From NCBI GenBank assembly GCA_964016885.1, contig OZ024746.1, forward strand, positions 92,256,001 to 92,320,000: a stretch of DNA of 64,000 nt, in the 5' to 3' direction. Shown here piece by piece: positions 12,451-26,107 of this stretch (position 1 is its first letter; the number at the start of each line of letters is the position of its first letter). The notes under the pieces were generated by a model, which made no database searches, was not told the origin of the DNA, and was given only the letters and a program-made list of their open reading frames with translations. Origin of the DNA: Eledone cirrhosa. Its lineage: Eukaryota. The translations under genes and the position numbers were made by a program.

Positions 12451-12989
12451 CGATTCAAATCTTATTTTTAAAGTTAATGAAGAATTCGTGGATATGTGAA
12501 AACATGAAAGTCAATATATCGGTGAGAATTTCTTAGTCAATATATCGGTGAGAATTTCTTAGTCAATATTAGATGTTAAATAATTATTTACTTTTAACAA
12601 ACAGATGTCCATAAAGTTTAAACTGTTTATAATAAATATTTATTTAAAAAGACTAAGATTCTGAAAATACGTTTGGAATAAGACGATATAAACAATCCAA
12701 TATTATTTCAGAATTATATTACGCTAGGGGTTTATATTTTAATATATAAAAGTAATATTGCCAAGTTAATTAAATATTTCCAGTAATAAACACAATTAAC
12801 TGTTTATAACTTATTACTCATTAACGTCTTAATGGAGATTTCAAATTAAATTACTACAAAATACTCAAACACAAACAAGAGGTAATTATTTATAGAATCA
12901 AATATAAATGAAAGATATTGCTTTATGTAAAAACTTGCCATTTATATATGAGTTGTATTAAAATAATATATTTACTATAAAGAGAAGAA

Positions 12990-13095
12990 ACTTACCATTA
13001 AATAAATGAAGGAGGAAAACATTCAAATATGACGCTGAAAAACTGTTAAATATCTTATTGGTCCTTTCACCCAGATTACAGCGCCACCTGTAATC
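12990..13095 (-). promoter_or_regulatory. Putative non-coding exon 1 and core promoter of the KIF18-like gene
   Basis: On the minus strand: strong donor G|GTAAGT (12995-12990), TTTGAA CHR-like hexamer (13022-13027), CCAAT (13057-13061) and CAGGTGGCGCTG inside an 8-bp hairpin (13074-13095), all in non-repetitive DNA. Confidence 0.55.
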
Positions 13096-13629
13096 AAGCT
13101 TCTATAAACTTTCTATCATAAACTATATAATTATCGCCCTTGATTAACTGACTATCATTCAAAGAACTCTCAATACAGTTTGTCTTTCGTTAGAAATATA
13201 ACGAAACCGTTATAATAGATTCTTTAAATTTATTTGTTTTGAATACAGTAAATAACATTACAAATTGCTCAGATTTTAGAATGAAAATATAAACATATAT
13301 AATAAATACAACTAACTATTGCTACGAACCCCACACTTGCTAGGAACTACACAAATATAACACCAAAATATACGTTCAGAGCGAGAGAAAGAAAGAAAAA
13401 GGGGGGAAACAAAAACAAAAATGACCATCAATTCCTCGCTAAGTCTGACAATGTTAGACAAGTTGATGTTGTGTGACTGAATGAAACAGAATATACCACT
13501 GGTATTATATTTTATGATACAGAAACGATAAAAGACAGATCGATATTTCAACTCAGAAATATTGCAGTATTTTTGTTTTTACTCTGACACTTAAGTGTTT
13601 TTACCAACTCGATTTCTTATATAGTATGT

Positions 13630-14325
13630 AGGCGGTCTCGGGAGATGTTCATACTTTTCTCATGGTGTTTACTACATATACTATCGGAGCGGAGTTGGCC
13701 GGCCGCAGGTGCGAGCTCCACGGGGTGGTGTGACTGTTCCAACACGTCTCCCCTACCTGTGACGTTCGAGACCTTTGTGGGAGTCGGGCCTCTGACTGCG
13801 AGGTTCTTATCTTAACTGGCGGCTCGCCTAACAGAGGTAATTGGTGATGCTCGTGAGAGCGCTTTGTTGTTCCAGCACATCAGGCTTGCTATTACCCGAG
13901 GTATCGCAGCGAGCATGCTGGCTTGCCACAAAAATTATTAGAGAGGTTTCCCAGTGCTCCTCGCTATATTGTTACCTTTTGTTCTGGTAGCGGTTCGTTT
14001 TCCACCCCTTTCGCCTCCCTTTTGTTGTTTGTAATCCTAGATGTGTATATTACCTGCTTCTGTGTTGTATGTGGTCCTAGATGTATGTATTACCTGCTTC
14101 TGTGTTGTATGTGGTCCTAGATGTATGTATTACCGGCTTCTGTGTTGTATGTGGTCCTAGATGTATGTATTACCGGCTTCTGTGTTGTATGTGTGTATTA
14201 CCTGCTAGTGTATTGAATGTGGTCCTAGATGTATGTATTACCTGCTTTGTATATATTATGTGTTTGTGTTTTCGTTCTGTAACCATTATATTATATTTTT
14301 TATACAACTGTGAATAAAAGATATT
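13630..14325 (+). mobile_element. CRE-clade (restriction-like endonuclease) non-LTR retrotransposon 3' fragment with a 40-bp repeat in its 3'UTR
   Basis: 13753-13941 translates LPVTFETFVGVGPLTARFLS*LAARLTEVIGDARESALLFQHIRLAITRGIAASMLAC, matching the CRE C-terminal pattern (P..ETLG..GP...GD.RE...LFQR.S.A..RGNAA). Followed by 40-mers and AATAAA near 14313. Missed by the ORF track. Confidence 0.75.
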
Positions 14326-17149
14326 ATTACAGTTCTCGATAATATCGACCGCCAGGATCCAGAGGTGGAGGGTACTCGTTCGGATGTCACTTTCATTCAT
14401 CTTTTAAAAACAAATGATTTAATTCTCAACTACTACTTGCGGTAAAAAAATTGTTGTATGAACAGAAAAAACAGTAAATTTTCACAACTACACCCGTCTC
14501 GTCTTGTTTGTTTTGCCGATGGTTTTTGTTGTTTAGAACCAATCTTATCTTCAAATCTATCGTTAATTATTGGGTTAACGTTTGGAGGAAAGGGACATCC
14601 TCGGAAATGCATTTACAATGACACTTATCTCACTTTGGAGGTTAAATTAGTGATTTTTGAAAGGGTTTTAATGGGTTTTGAACGAATATGGCCTTTAAAA
14701 CCGCCGGAGATTATTTATTTTTTATCTAATGGTTTGTAGAAGGGGCACTCTCGGACTTCTCGGGTTTGGAGTTGAAAACGGAGTCGTTGTCGAGTGAGTT
14801 GGATGTCAGATCGGTTGAAAACAAAAACAAAAAAAAAAGAAATAGTAAGAAAAGAATAAAATTCCCACCAAGAAAACTCCGAGGCTAGGGAAATCCGGGG
14901 ACCCGAAATTCCGTTTTCGGGGAAAAAAAGTTGATTGCGGCGAAGATTAGATTAATTGAAAACACGGGGGAAAAAAAGACTAGAAAAAAATGTTCTAAGC
15001 AAACCCTAGCGGGTGCTTTTCTATAAATCCCCCCCCCCCCAAATAAAAACACCAAAGGAGTTTCTATATAGTTGTTCGACTTGCTAGAGAAATAACAGCC
15101 AAATATCTTTCAAATCACACCCTACCATCTTCTAAAAAGATCTACATTGGATAATATGGTATATATTTGAATGTCATTATTGGTGGATTGGCAGTATCGG
15201 TAGAGGGTCTGACACCTTGATTTGCAGCAAAGAGTTACGGCCCTTTATGGTCTGAGTTCAAATCCCGCCGCGGTTAACTTTGCCTTTCATCCTTACGGGG
15301 TCGATAAAATAAAGTACCTGAGATAAAATAAAATACACTGAGATAATTGCTGGCCTTGTGCCAAAAGTAGAAACAATTATTGATCATGGCAGAATCGGTA
15401 GAGGGTCGGACACCATGCTTTGTTGCTTAGAGTTATGGCTCTTTACGTTCTGAGTTCAAATCCCGCCGTGGTTAGCTTTGCCTTTCATCCTTACGGGGTC
15501 AATAAAATAAAGTACCACTGGGATCGATTTAATCGACTTTTCCAAAAAAAATTTTAATGGTTTATTAGGAAATATCTTTAAAAATAGGTTTGTTAATTCA
15601 AATGTTTATAGTGTCTTTTCTAGTGGACAGATTGTTTTGAAAAGTTGCAGTGTTAGAATAAAGACTTCAATTGTTTTAATATGATGCAATCATAGTGATA
15701 TTTTATGCTTTTCAAGAATGCCTTGCGAATGCGGTTTGGTAGAGGATTTTAAGAATCAATAACGACAGACCTGGGGCTCAGCAAGAATAACAAAGAAACA
15801 AATAAAATTGCAATCGTGTGTGTGTGTTATCTATGTATTTAATGTGGTGTGTTTGAGTCTCAGATGTTCATGTAATGAATACGAGCACTGGAATATGTTG
15901 TATGAAAACAATTGGAATTTATGCTGTCCAATCTGTGATGTAGAAAGAAAAGCTATTATTAATGGTCTAATTATCTCATACAATACTAGTCATAACTGTA
16001 CTAAAAGATCTATTATGACTGCAGACATATGATGAGAAAAGACTTTTCATATGACAACTTCAAGCTCTTCTGACGAAATATAATTTTTGTTTTTCTAGTA
16101 CACTTCATTGCAAAGATGTTACTGATCAAAGTTCAATGATTATTATTTAGCTGTCACTTCCATACCAGAATATTTTTCATGTCTTCCAGTAGACTTTCTT
16201 CTCTTTAATAAATTCCAGCAAATATTATGCTTCTTAACAACACTAAATTGGTCCCTTTTTCCTGTTCAGTAAGTAACGCACCCCACCCCAAAGAATCTTT
16301 CTTCTCTCCATCTAAAACTTCAGGTCTCTATTTATGTAAAAGAAACCAATCAATAAATAATAATTGTTTCTATATTTGGCACAAGGCCAGCAATTATCCC
16401 AGTGTATTACTGGTACTTTATTTTATCGACCCCGTAAGGATGAAAGGCAAAGTTAACCTCGGCGGGATTTGAACTCAGACCATAAAGGGACGTAACTCTT
16501 TGCTGCAAAGCATGTCATCCGACCCTCTACCGCCGATCAATAAATAATAATTGTTTCTACTTTTGGCACAAGGCCAGCAATTACTCAGTGCATTACTGGT
16601 TCTTTATTTTATCGACCCCATGAGGATGAAAGGCAAAGTTAACCTCGGCGGGATTTAAACTCAGAATAGCAAGGGCCGTAACTCTATGCGTCAAAGCATG
16701 GCGTCCGACCCTCTACCGATACTGCCAATCCACCGCCCTTCAATAAATCAATAAATAATAATGATTTGACTTATGATTGTATATTTTATATTTATTTATT
16801 TACTTTTGTCATTTTTTACTCATCACGTTGTTTGATCAGAGTCAAAATCTTTCGTATAAGACAAAATGTATAGCGCCATCGTGGAAGCGCATGGCTTAGT
16901 GGTTAGAGCGTCGGGCTTGCAATTGCAAGGTTGTGAGTTCGATTCTCGAACCAGGCTTTGTGTTGTATCCTTGAGCAAGATACCTTTTTTCACGTTATTC
17001 CAGTTCACTGGTGCCATTACCTTTCCCTTGGACAACACCAGTGACGTGGAGAGGGTAGACTGGTATAGATGGGTGACTGCCGGTCTTCCACAAACAACCA
17101 TGCCTGTACATGCTTCAGAGGAGAACTTCTAGCAGCAAATCCCATGGTC

Positions 17150-18146
17150 ATCACCATCACCATCATCATCATCATTTACATCATCGTTTAACGTCTATTT
17201 TTCCACACTAGCATGGGTTAGACGGGTTGTCATATTATGGGACAATTCAGGTCAGCTGACCATGTCTTGCTCATACAGAACTGATTTTGGCTTGGTTTCT
17301 ACAGCTGGATGCCCTTCCTAACACCAACCATGTTACAGTGTGGACTGGGTGTTTTTTGTCGTGTCACCAACACAACCATGTTACAGGGTGGACTGGGTGT
17401 TTTTTCTCGTGTCACCAACATATCCATCTTACAGGGTAGACTGGGTATTTTTTGTCGTGTCACCAACGTATCCATCTTACAGGGTGGACTGGGTGTTTTT
17501 TCTCATGTCACCAACACATCCATCTTACAGGGTGGACTGGGTGTTTTTTCTCATGTCACCAGCACATCCATCTTACAGGGTGGACTGGGTGTTTTTTCTT
17601 GTGTCACCAGCACACCCATCTTACAGGGTGGACTGGGTGTTTTTTCTCGTGTCAACAGCACATCCATCTTACAGGGTGGACTGGGTGTTTTTTCTCGTGT
17701 CACCAGCACATCCATCTTACAGGGTGGACTGGGTATTTTTTCTTGTGTCACCAACACAACCATCTTACAGGGTGGACTGGGTGTTTTTTCTTGCGTCAAC
17801 AGCACAACCATCTTACAGGGTGGACTGGGTGTTTTTTCTTGCGTCAACAGCACAACCATCTTACAGGGTGGACTGGGTGTTTTTTCTTGTGTCACCAGCA
17901 CACCCATCTTACAGGGTGGACTATGTGTTTTTTCTTGTGTCACCAGCACACCCATCTTACAGGGTGGACTATGTGTTTTTTCTTGTGTCACCAACACAAC
18001 CATCTTACAGGGTGGACTGGGTGTTTTTTCTTGTGTCACCAACACAACCATCTTACAGGGTGGACTATGTGTTTTTTCTTGTGTCACCAACACAACCATC
18101 TTATAGGGTGGACTGGTTGTTATCCGTATCATCAACACAACCATCT
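17150..18146 (-). repeat. RTE-A/SINE 3' module with its internal 48-bp unit expanded about 17 times (17333-18146)
   Basis: Tail and ggatgcccttcc module at 17150-17330, then a 48-bp period. Confidence 0.92.
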
Positions 18147-18881
18147 ATAAATGACATAAAATTCCAAGACAACAAAAACTGATGGAGCTTTTATCCTATT
18201 TCTTCCTATATTTAACAACTTATATAACCATGATATAGAAAAACCAAAAAGAGAATTGTCAAAGATTTATTTGAGCTCTTTAACTACAAGGAATGCCATA
18301 TCAATTGCGTTGTTATTGTCTACCATTTCTAAAGCAATTAAAAATATTTTTAGTGAAAGAAGAGTTTTTATAGAGTTAGTTTTATCAAGGTGTATAAAAA
18401 TACAATAAAACTAGCTGAATGACCCGACATTTCCCAGGTTACTTCTGTTCTTATTCAGATTAATAAACAATAAATATAAAGATATATTTTTTTCTCATAA
18501 TCATTTGAAAATATCTATATTTTATTTTTTTAAATATCAAAATTGTAATGATAGAATTTAGAAATGAAAATCTGCCAATCTTGAAGCACCTCATTGTGTA
18601 ATTTTTTTGTTGATTTCCAAATGAATAAATTGTTGCTGCTTCCAGCAGTAATAATAATAAATTTGAAGACTAAAATCCAAAGAGGGCTCGATAAGGATAA
18701 ATATATATCAAATATATAAGAACCGTAGAGCAAATATTTATTAAAATAACAGATTAAAGGTGAAAGCAGCGATTCTTTGCTTAAACTTTAATCTGTTATT
18801 TTAATAAATATATATATATATATATATATATACCATCTAACCCATGCTAGCGTGGAAGATGGACGTTAAACGATGATGATG

Positions 18882-18914
<33 letters not shown>

Positions 18915-21900
18915 GGGGGGGGGGTGTATACGTAAATAAGATTGTTATTGCTCCAGTCAGTCTACTAACCCTCAGCAATCACCTCAAACCAAACGCCAAC
19001 CTGTGCCCATGATTCCTGCCAAACAAACTGTACTCACCCCCTAAATTCAGCAAATTAAACGTGGACCACCCATTCTCCCAAACTTGGCTTCACAACCAGA
19101 GCTTAACAGCCACCAAATGGGAAGACAGACATTATCAAGCTGCAGCTGTCATATTACGTAGTTTCTATATAATAAAGCCAAAGGTATTATTATCTGCTGC
19201 AGCTATGACTCCATTACATGATAGGCTCCACCTTCTGTATATCCTTCACCTTAAACCCTCAAACTATCCACTAAGATGACATTATGCCGTGCATCAGGAA
19301 GTATATATAAAGAGCATTGTGGGATTGGTTTGAAATAAAAGAGTAAAACCAGGAGTTGAAGTATAACAGAATAAAACAATAGTTTACATTATATTTTATG
19401 ATATTTCTTTTACAAAAGAAAGGAAAATGGAGTGTAATGGTGAGGTTGTGCAAAGCTGGCTACCATCATCACATTCTATTTCCTGTTGGTTTCAACCCTA
19501 AGTATTCTTGTTCAATCAACTGAACTATTTAAACTGATTTATAGATTAAGTATCTATAATCCTTTTGATACTAACTTGCTGAAAATCAGTTCTGGTTTTG
19601 GTTTTATGAAACAAAACCACCTATTATAGATTAAAACCATCCAACATAATTTGATACAAGTACCTTCTGTTAAGTGTGTACTCAATTTAAAATAGGTTTA
19701 ACGCATCCCTGCATGTCGTAACGATCAACTAAAAGGGTTATTGTCAGGAACGGCATCTGACTCTATAACATTACCTAAAAAGGTGGTTCTATTCAACACA
19801 TTCCAGTATGGAAAAGTTGATGTAAGATCAATGATGATGATGTTATAAATTCTATCTTAATGAAATAATTAATGATTTTTTTGTAAATCCCTCCAAATTG
19901 TTCATTAGAATGTTGGACTTACAATCACAATATCGTCAATTTAATTCCTGGAATGGGTTGTGTATTGTGTTCATGAGCAAAACACTTCATTTCACATTGC
20001 TCCAGTATGCACAGCTGAAAATAAGAACAAGTTGTAGTTGGGGGTTTAACCCTGTGATGGATTGGTGTCATATCCAGTGGGGAGTCATGTAGTCACAGTC
20101 ACTTTACACCATGGAAACCGGGATAAGCATCGACCTGATGAGATTGGGCTTAAGACAGACTTTAGATCTTTGTAGTATTTCACTAGATATAGTCTAATGA
20201 AAGGGTTGACATCATCCCCAAATAGAATCAGTGTGACACTGTATAACAAAGCTAAACCTGTGAATGTATAGTTCACCCAACAGTTTCTATTGATTCATTA
20301 ACAAGACTTGGGTCAGTTCAAGGCTATGGTAAAATAGACTTGCCCAAGAGGCGGTGGGTTCAAATTTAGGACCTCAATGTTTTCTCCTGTCACAAATATT
20401 GGATGTTTTGGTAGCCTCTTTCATAGCATCTCTCCAGAGTGTTCGTTCCAGGGATAGGTTTGGTCCAAGTTCCAGTCTTTCAGATCATCCCTGATTACCT
20501 CTTCCCAGGTCTTAAGTGGGAGCCCCCATCCCCATCTACCAGGGGCCACAATCTTGGTACATTAATGAATAGATCAAGTGAAATTTGGTAATGTCTGTAT
20601 ATAAATTATAATATTTACAATAATATTTACATTTTTTTTATGTGTCTGAAGAACATGGCACCAACAAATGTACTTCACTCTTACGGAGCCTGAAGAACAT
20701 GGCACCTACAAAACTACTTCACTCTTACGGTGTCTGATTTTGAAAACACATTAAGAGAGTTATTTAATTTTTAACATCTTGTACCACATGAAACTACATT
20801 AGGAAGACATTCTTGAAAAATACCAAACAACACTATGACTGGATCACATTAAAAATTCAAGTCATTGTTCTAATACTGCACATTTTCACAACGATCTATC
20901 CATTTCAACAAAGTCGTTTATGAATATTTAGTGCTAAATCATTACAGGAAGTTAAATTAATCATTATCTGAAGAAGAAAACTTTCCAGCCATGTTTAAAA
21001 TAAAGGATAATAACTTTTTATTAATCATTTCAGAGTTATGTCCCTTGAAAATTATTCCTTTTTTTTTTAAAGGTCAGTTAATGTGTTGACGAATTAGTGA
21101 ATAAACTTCTACGCAGTCGGTCTACCCGCTAGAAATAACAGTCAAATCTTTTTCAAACGACACCATACCTTTATATGAAGGAACTGTTGGATAATGTCGT
21201 CTGGGCACAGAAGAAAAGATTCTATGGTCACTGCTAGGTCTGTCTACTCTACCCCGTGTTAAACAACAACAGCACCTGGTTTGTTGAGGCATATACATAT
21301 GACTGAAGCAAACTACGAGACAAACAAACAATTGTATTTATTAAAGCACCGCTTTATTTAACTGTATTTAAAGCAGGGATTGAGTGGCTAATTAACAGAC
21401 CTACTTATTAGAGAACCCATTAGAACAAGAGGTTACAAATGATTAGCAATATTTATTTAGTTCTTTATGTTCTGAGTTCAAATCCTGCCAAGATTACCTT
21501 TGCCTTTCATCCTTATGGGGCCGATAAAATAAAGTACCAGTAACGCACTGGGACCAATTTAATCGACTTTCCCCTCCCCTAAATTGTTGATTATGTATAA
21601 GGTGCTTGATTGGCAGTAGATTCGGTGGAGCGTCGGACAACATGCTTTGTGGTATAAAGTTTCGTCCCTTTACGTTCTGAGTTCAAATCACATCGAGGTT
21701 ACCTTTGCCTTTCATTTTTGCGGAGTTAATAAACTAAAGTACCAGTAACACACTGGGGTAGATTTAATCGACTTCCCCTTCCTTGCAAATTTGCTGGCCT
21801 CGTGCCAAATGTAGAAACAATTATTAATAAAGAGGGTGGAATGGTGGAGTTGTTGGAGTGTCAAACAAATGGCAGTATTTATTTGGTTCTTTACGTTCTG

Positions 21901-22461
21901 AGTTCAAATCCCACCAAGGTCAACTTTGCCTTTTATCATTTCAGAGGTTGATAAAACATAGTACCAGTAACGTACTGGAATCAATATAATCTACTTTTCC
22001 CTCCCACAAATTATTGGCTTTGTGCCTAAATTAGAAATCATTATTAATAAATGTATTAGAAGGAGGTGGATTGGCAGAATTGGTAGAGTGTCAGACACCC
22101 TGCTTTGTGGCATAGAGTTACGCCACCATCACCGCCAGTCAATAATTCTTCTTCTTCACCCACTTATTCCTGAGAGGGTCATAGGGACAGAGGCTTGAAA
22201 TACTCCTTCCTGCAGATCCTGTCAGAAGCAACCGTCTCCAACTGAATCCAGCTGGATCCCCAAGTGAGATCAGCCAAGCTCATGGATGTTATCCAACCCA
22301 CTTTCTCAAGGTCCACCCCTGGGTCTCCTGCTGGTTGGTTTTATCTGTAAAATCTGTCCAGCAATTCTTTCCTAATTTGTTCTAACCACATGTACATAAT
22401 TTTTGTTATAAATCAAAATTAATTTTTAATTTTTCGAAAGAATAAAATGATTGTTTGTGTT

Positions 22462-22903
22462 AAAGGAATAACATATGTTAACCTTTGTTTGAGTTAGTAT
22501 AAAGGAATAACATATGTTAACCTTTGTTTGAGTTAGTATAAAGGAATAACATATGCTAACCTTTGTTTGAGTTAGTATAAAGGAATAACATATGCTAACC
22601 TTTGTTTGAGTTAGTATAAAGGAATAACATATGTTAACCTTTGTTTGAGTTAGTATAAAGGAATAACATATGTTAACCTTTGTTTGAGTTAGTATAAAGG
22701 AATAACATATGCTAACCTTTGTTTGAGTTAGTATAAAGGAATAACATATGCTAACCTTTGTTTGAGTTAGTATAAAGGAATAACATATGCTAACCTTTGT
22801 TTGAGTTAGTATAAAGGAATAACATATGCTAACCTTTGTTTGAGTTAGTATAAAGGAATAACATATGCTAACCTTTGTTTGAGTTAGTAAAAAGGAATAA
22901 CAT
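22462..22903. repeat. 39-bp minisatellite, about 11 copies
   Basis: Unit aaaggaataacatatgttaacctttgtttgagttagtat. Confidence 0.97.
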
Positions 22904-23199
22904 ACTAATCTTTAAAAAGAACTACGTTAGGTGTACACGTGTCTGTGGAATGTTGAGTTCAAATCCCGGTGAGGTTAGCTTTGCCTTTCATCATAATGGG
23001 GTCGATAAAATAAAGTACCAGTAATGCACTGGGTCGATTTAATCAACTTTACACTTCCTCTAAAACATTGTGCCTAAATTAGAAATGATTATTACGATTA
23101 TACAGGGCAGTGGATTGGTAGAATTGATAGAGCGCCGGACAACATGCTTTGTGGTATACAGTTACAGCCCTTTGTGTTCTGATTTCAAATCCTGTCAAA

Positions 23200-23916
23200 T
23201 CATGCACGGACAGAGCATCAATGCGCCAAAGGAAAGTAGCTTGCTACAGCCACATATAAAATCTACATTCTTAGGTAGTTTACCTTTGATCCCACTACAT
23301 TTTTATGTACCCATAGTTTGCATTTGGGACATAAAATGGAATTTCTACCTACTCCTTTCCTACACACTGAGCATGGCCATTTCCCAGAAGGCACCTGTGC
23401 CCTATTTTCCTTTCTACATATTAGAACTTTAGTCTTAGACAAGTTAACTTTAAGGCCTTTTGATTCTAGGCCATGCTTCCATGTTTGGAATTTATTCTTT
23501 AGTTCAGCCATAGATTCAGCTATGAGGGTTAGATCATCTGCGTATAGAAGTTCCCATGGGAAGCTAGTCTTAAACTCCTCTGTTATAGCCTGAAGGGCAA
23601 TAATAAACAGGAGGAGGTTAAGGACAGAGCCTTGATGAACACCAACTTTTACGCTAAATTATTCACTATATTCATTGTTAATTTTAACCTTACTGACTGT
23701 ATCTTTATACATGGCTTGTATAGCTCCCACTAGCTTTGTAAGGACCCACCAGATAATGGAGCGGGAGACTCTGTCAAAGACTTTCTCTAAGTCAACAAAA
23801 GCTAAGTATAAGGGGTTTACTTTTAGCTAGGTACTTCTCCTCTAGTTGTCGTACAAGGAAAAGAGCATTTGTGGTACTTTTACCTGACACAAACCCAAAC
23901 TGCATTTCATCTAGAT
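23200..23916 (-). pseudogene. RTE reverse transcriptase fragment, interrupted by a hAT end
   Basis: QFGFVSGK..., VGVHQGSVL, ELLYADDL, GLKVNLSKTK, KWPCSVCRKG. Confidence 0.88.
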
Positions 23917-24073
23917 CACAGGTTCTCAACCCATTTAGGCCAAACGCCCCCTTTTGTCCCTCGAAATCACGAAACGCCCCCCCCCCGCCACCCTATTTTC
24001 CCATTTTTCAATATACTACTGATTTTTATATCAATAGATTACTAAAAAAATTGATTAACAATATTCCAAAGAT
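23917..24073. mobile_element. hAT (Charlie/Buster) terminal fragment
   Basis: atctagat|CACAGGTTCTCAAC, matching the NTCTAGAN target preference; homologous to 35883-36030. Confidence 0.8.
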
Positions 24074-25074
24074 GTGTGTATTATCTCATTATGTGTTGTA
24101 TGTGGTCCTAGATGTGTGTATTACCTGCTTATGTGTTGTATGTGGTCCTAGATGTGTGTATTATCTGATTATGTGTTGTATGTGGTCTTAGATGTGTGTA
24201 TTATCTGATTATGTGTTGTATGTGGTCCTAGATGTGTGTTCTACTCGCTTCTGTTTTTTCTTTTCTTTTTTTTATTTGTAATATTATTTATACAATAGGG
24301 AATAAAATAGATCTACATAGTTTAACTCGTTGCGGCTGAGTGAATAATTTCAGACATGAAATACATTGTTATCGGTGAAGGAAAGATAAGATTCTAACTG
24401 GCTGCGCTCAAAGTGTCTTTCACCCAGATGACTGTGGGTTTTTCCATTTTTAGGATCTCAATTACCGGTTAACGTCTCAATTACCGGACATGCCTGCACA
24501 TCTGCTCACAGCTTGCAGACAGCATAACTATAGTTATGCTGTCTGCAAGCTCATTCAAATGCATTCACACTGGCTGTCTCAGAGACATACAAATGTGGCT
24601 TATAAAACTTACCAAAATAAAAAGCCTTTTATGGGTGTGTCTGTGTTTGCACATTTATATTTATATACTCATACATATAAATGTATACATATGCACACAC
24701 ACACATACACATATATACACATACACATTTATATTTATATACTCATACATATAAATGCACACACATACACACATACATATCTATACACATACACATTTAT
24801 ATTTATATACTCATACACATTTATATTTATATATTCATACATATAACTGTATACATATGCACACACATACACACATACACATATACACATACACGATTAT
24901 ATTTATAAATGTATACATATATACATATGCACATGCACACAAATGCACATATACACATGTATACACATACACATGCATATTTATATTTATATACTCATAC
25001 ATATAAATATATACATATATACATATGCACACACACACACACATACACACACACATATACATACACACACACAC

Positions 25075-25125
<51 letters not shown>

Positions 25126-25693
25126 TCAGTGTGTTAAAAAAATAGTAGTGTTGTACATTTGCAGTTCTCCTTGTTTATCATCATTGATAGCGAAAAAATA
25201 TAATAGAAGATTCTAGAAGAATTGGTCTAAACAGAGCAAAGAACTTGAAAGTAGTGGCGCTTGATAAGTGTGTCTGTCTTAAAGAGGTATGGTCTCTTGA
25301 ATGGACATACAATGGAAACAGGCTGAAGAAAAAAAGACATCTAGAGCACTGATGATAACTTGAGCATCTCTTAGTAAGAAACAGATTCTAAGAGGCCTGA
25401 AGGTGGAAACCTAACAGGTGACAGATCTCTCGTTACAGGTGACACTAAGCAAGTGGCTTCTCCCTACAGTAATTGCTGAGTTTCACAATACTTAATGTAG
25501 AACGGGTGGTAGTGGTGGTGGTGGTGGTGGTGGTGGTGGTGGTGGTGGTGGTTGTGATGGTGTGGTGGTGGTGGTGGTGGTGGTGGTGGTGGTCTGTTAT
25601 GGTAGCAGTAGCTGGTTTAGTCGGTTGGTGTGGGATTGAGTAGTTGTGTTCACGTCTGTGTGTGTGTGTGTATCTGCATAAGAGAAGGTCAGA

Positions 25694-25733
<40 letters not shown>

Positions 25734-25911
25734 GTAGAAAGAGTGGGCTTCCAAGTGCAAAAACCAAGCCCAAAACAGTTCTGTATGAGGAAGACATGGT
25801 AACCTGTTTTGACTTGTCTCACAACGGGACAACTCGTCTAACCCATGCTAGCGTGGAAAATGAACTTTAAATGGTGATGATGATGATGATGATAAGCATC
25901 TATCTATCTCA

Positions 25912-25943
<32 letters not shown>

Positions 25944-26107
25944 TTTATTAAAATAACAGATTAAAGTTTAAGCAAAGAATCGCTGCTTAAACTTTAATCT
26001 GTTATTTTAATAAATATTTGCTCTACGGTTCTTATATATTTGATATATATTTATTTATCCTTATCGAGCCCTCTTTGGATTTTAGTCTTCAAATTTATTA
26101 TTATTAC

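Noticed and set aside
16883-16960. tRNA gene
   Set aside because: A and B boxes are present but the cloverleaf is not intact, and the sequence continues into a multi-copy SINE body.
17309-18182. Long repetitive ORFs of 197-280 aa (also 57961-59849)
   Set aside because: By-products of 48-bp and 81-bp units open in several frames and on both strands; no splice or domain support.
20641-20750. Further hammerhead-like remnants here and at 25349, 44017, 44146-44180(-) and 61505-61530(-)
   Set aside because: The core is incomplete (missing stem III, or altered GAAA/CTGANGA), so they cannot be distinguished from chance.
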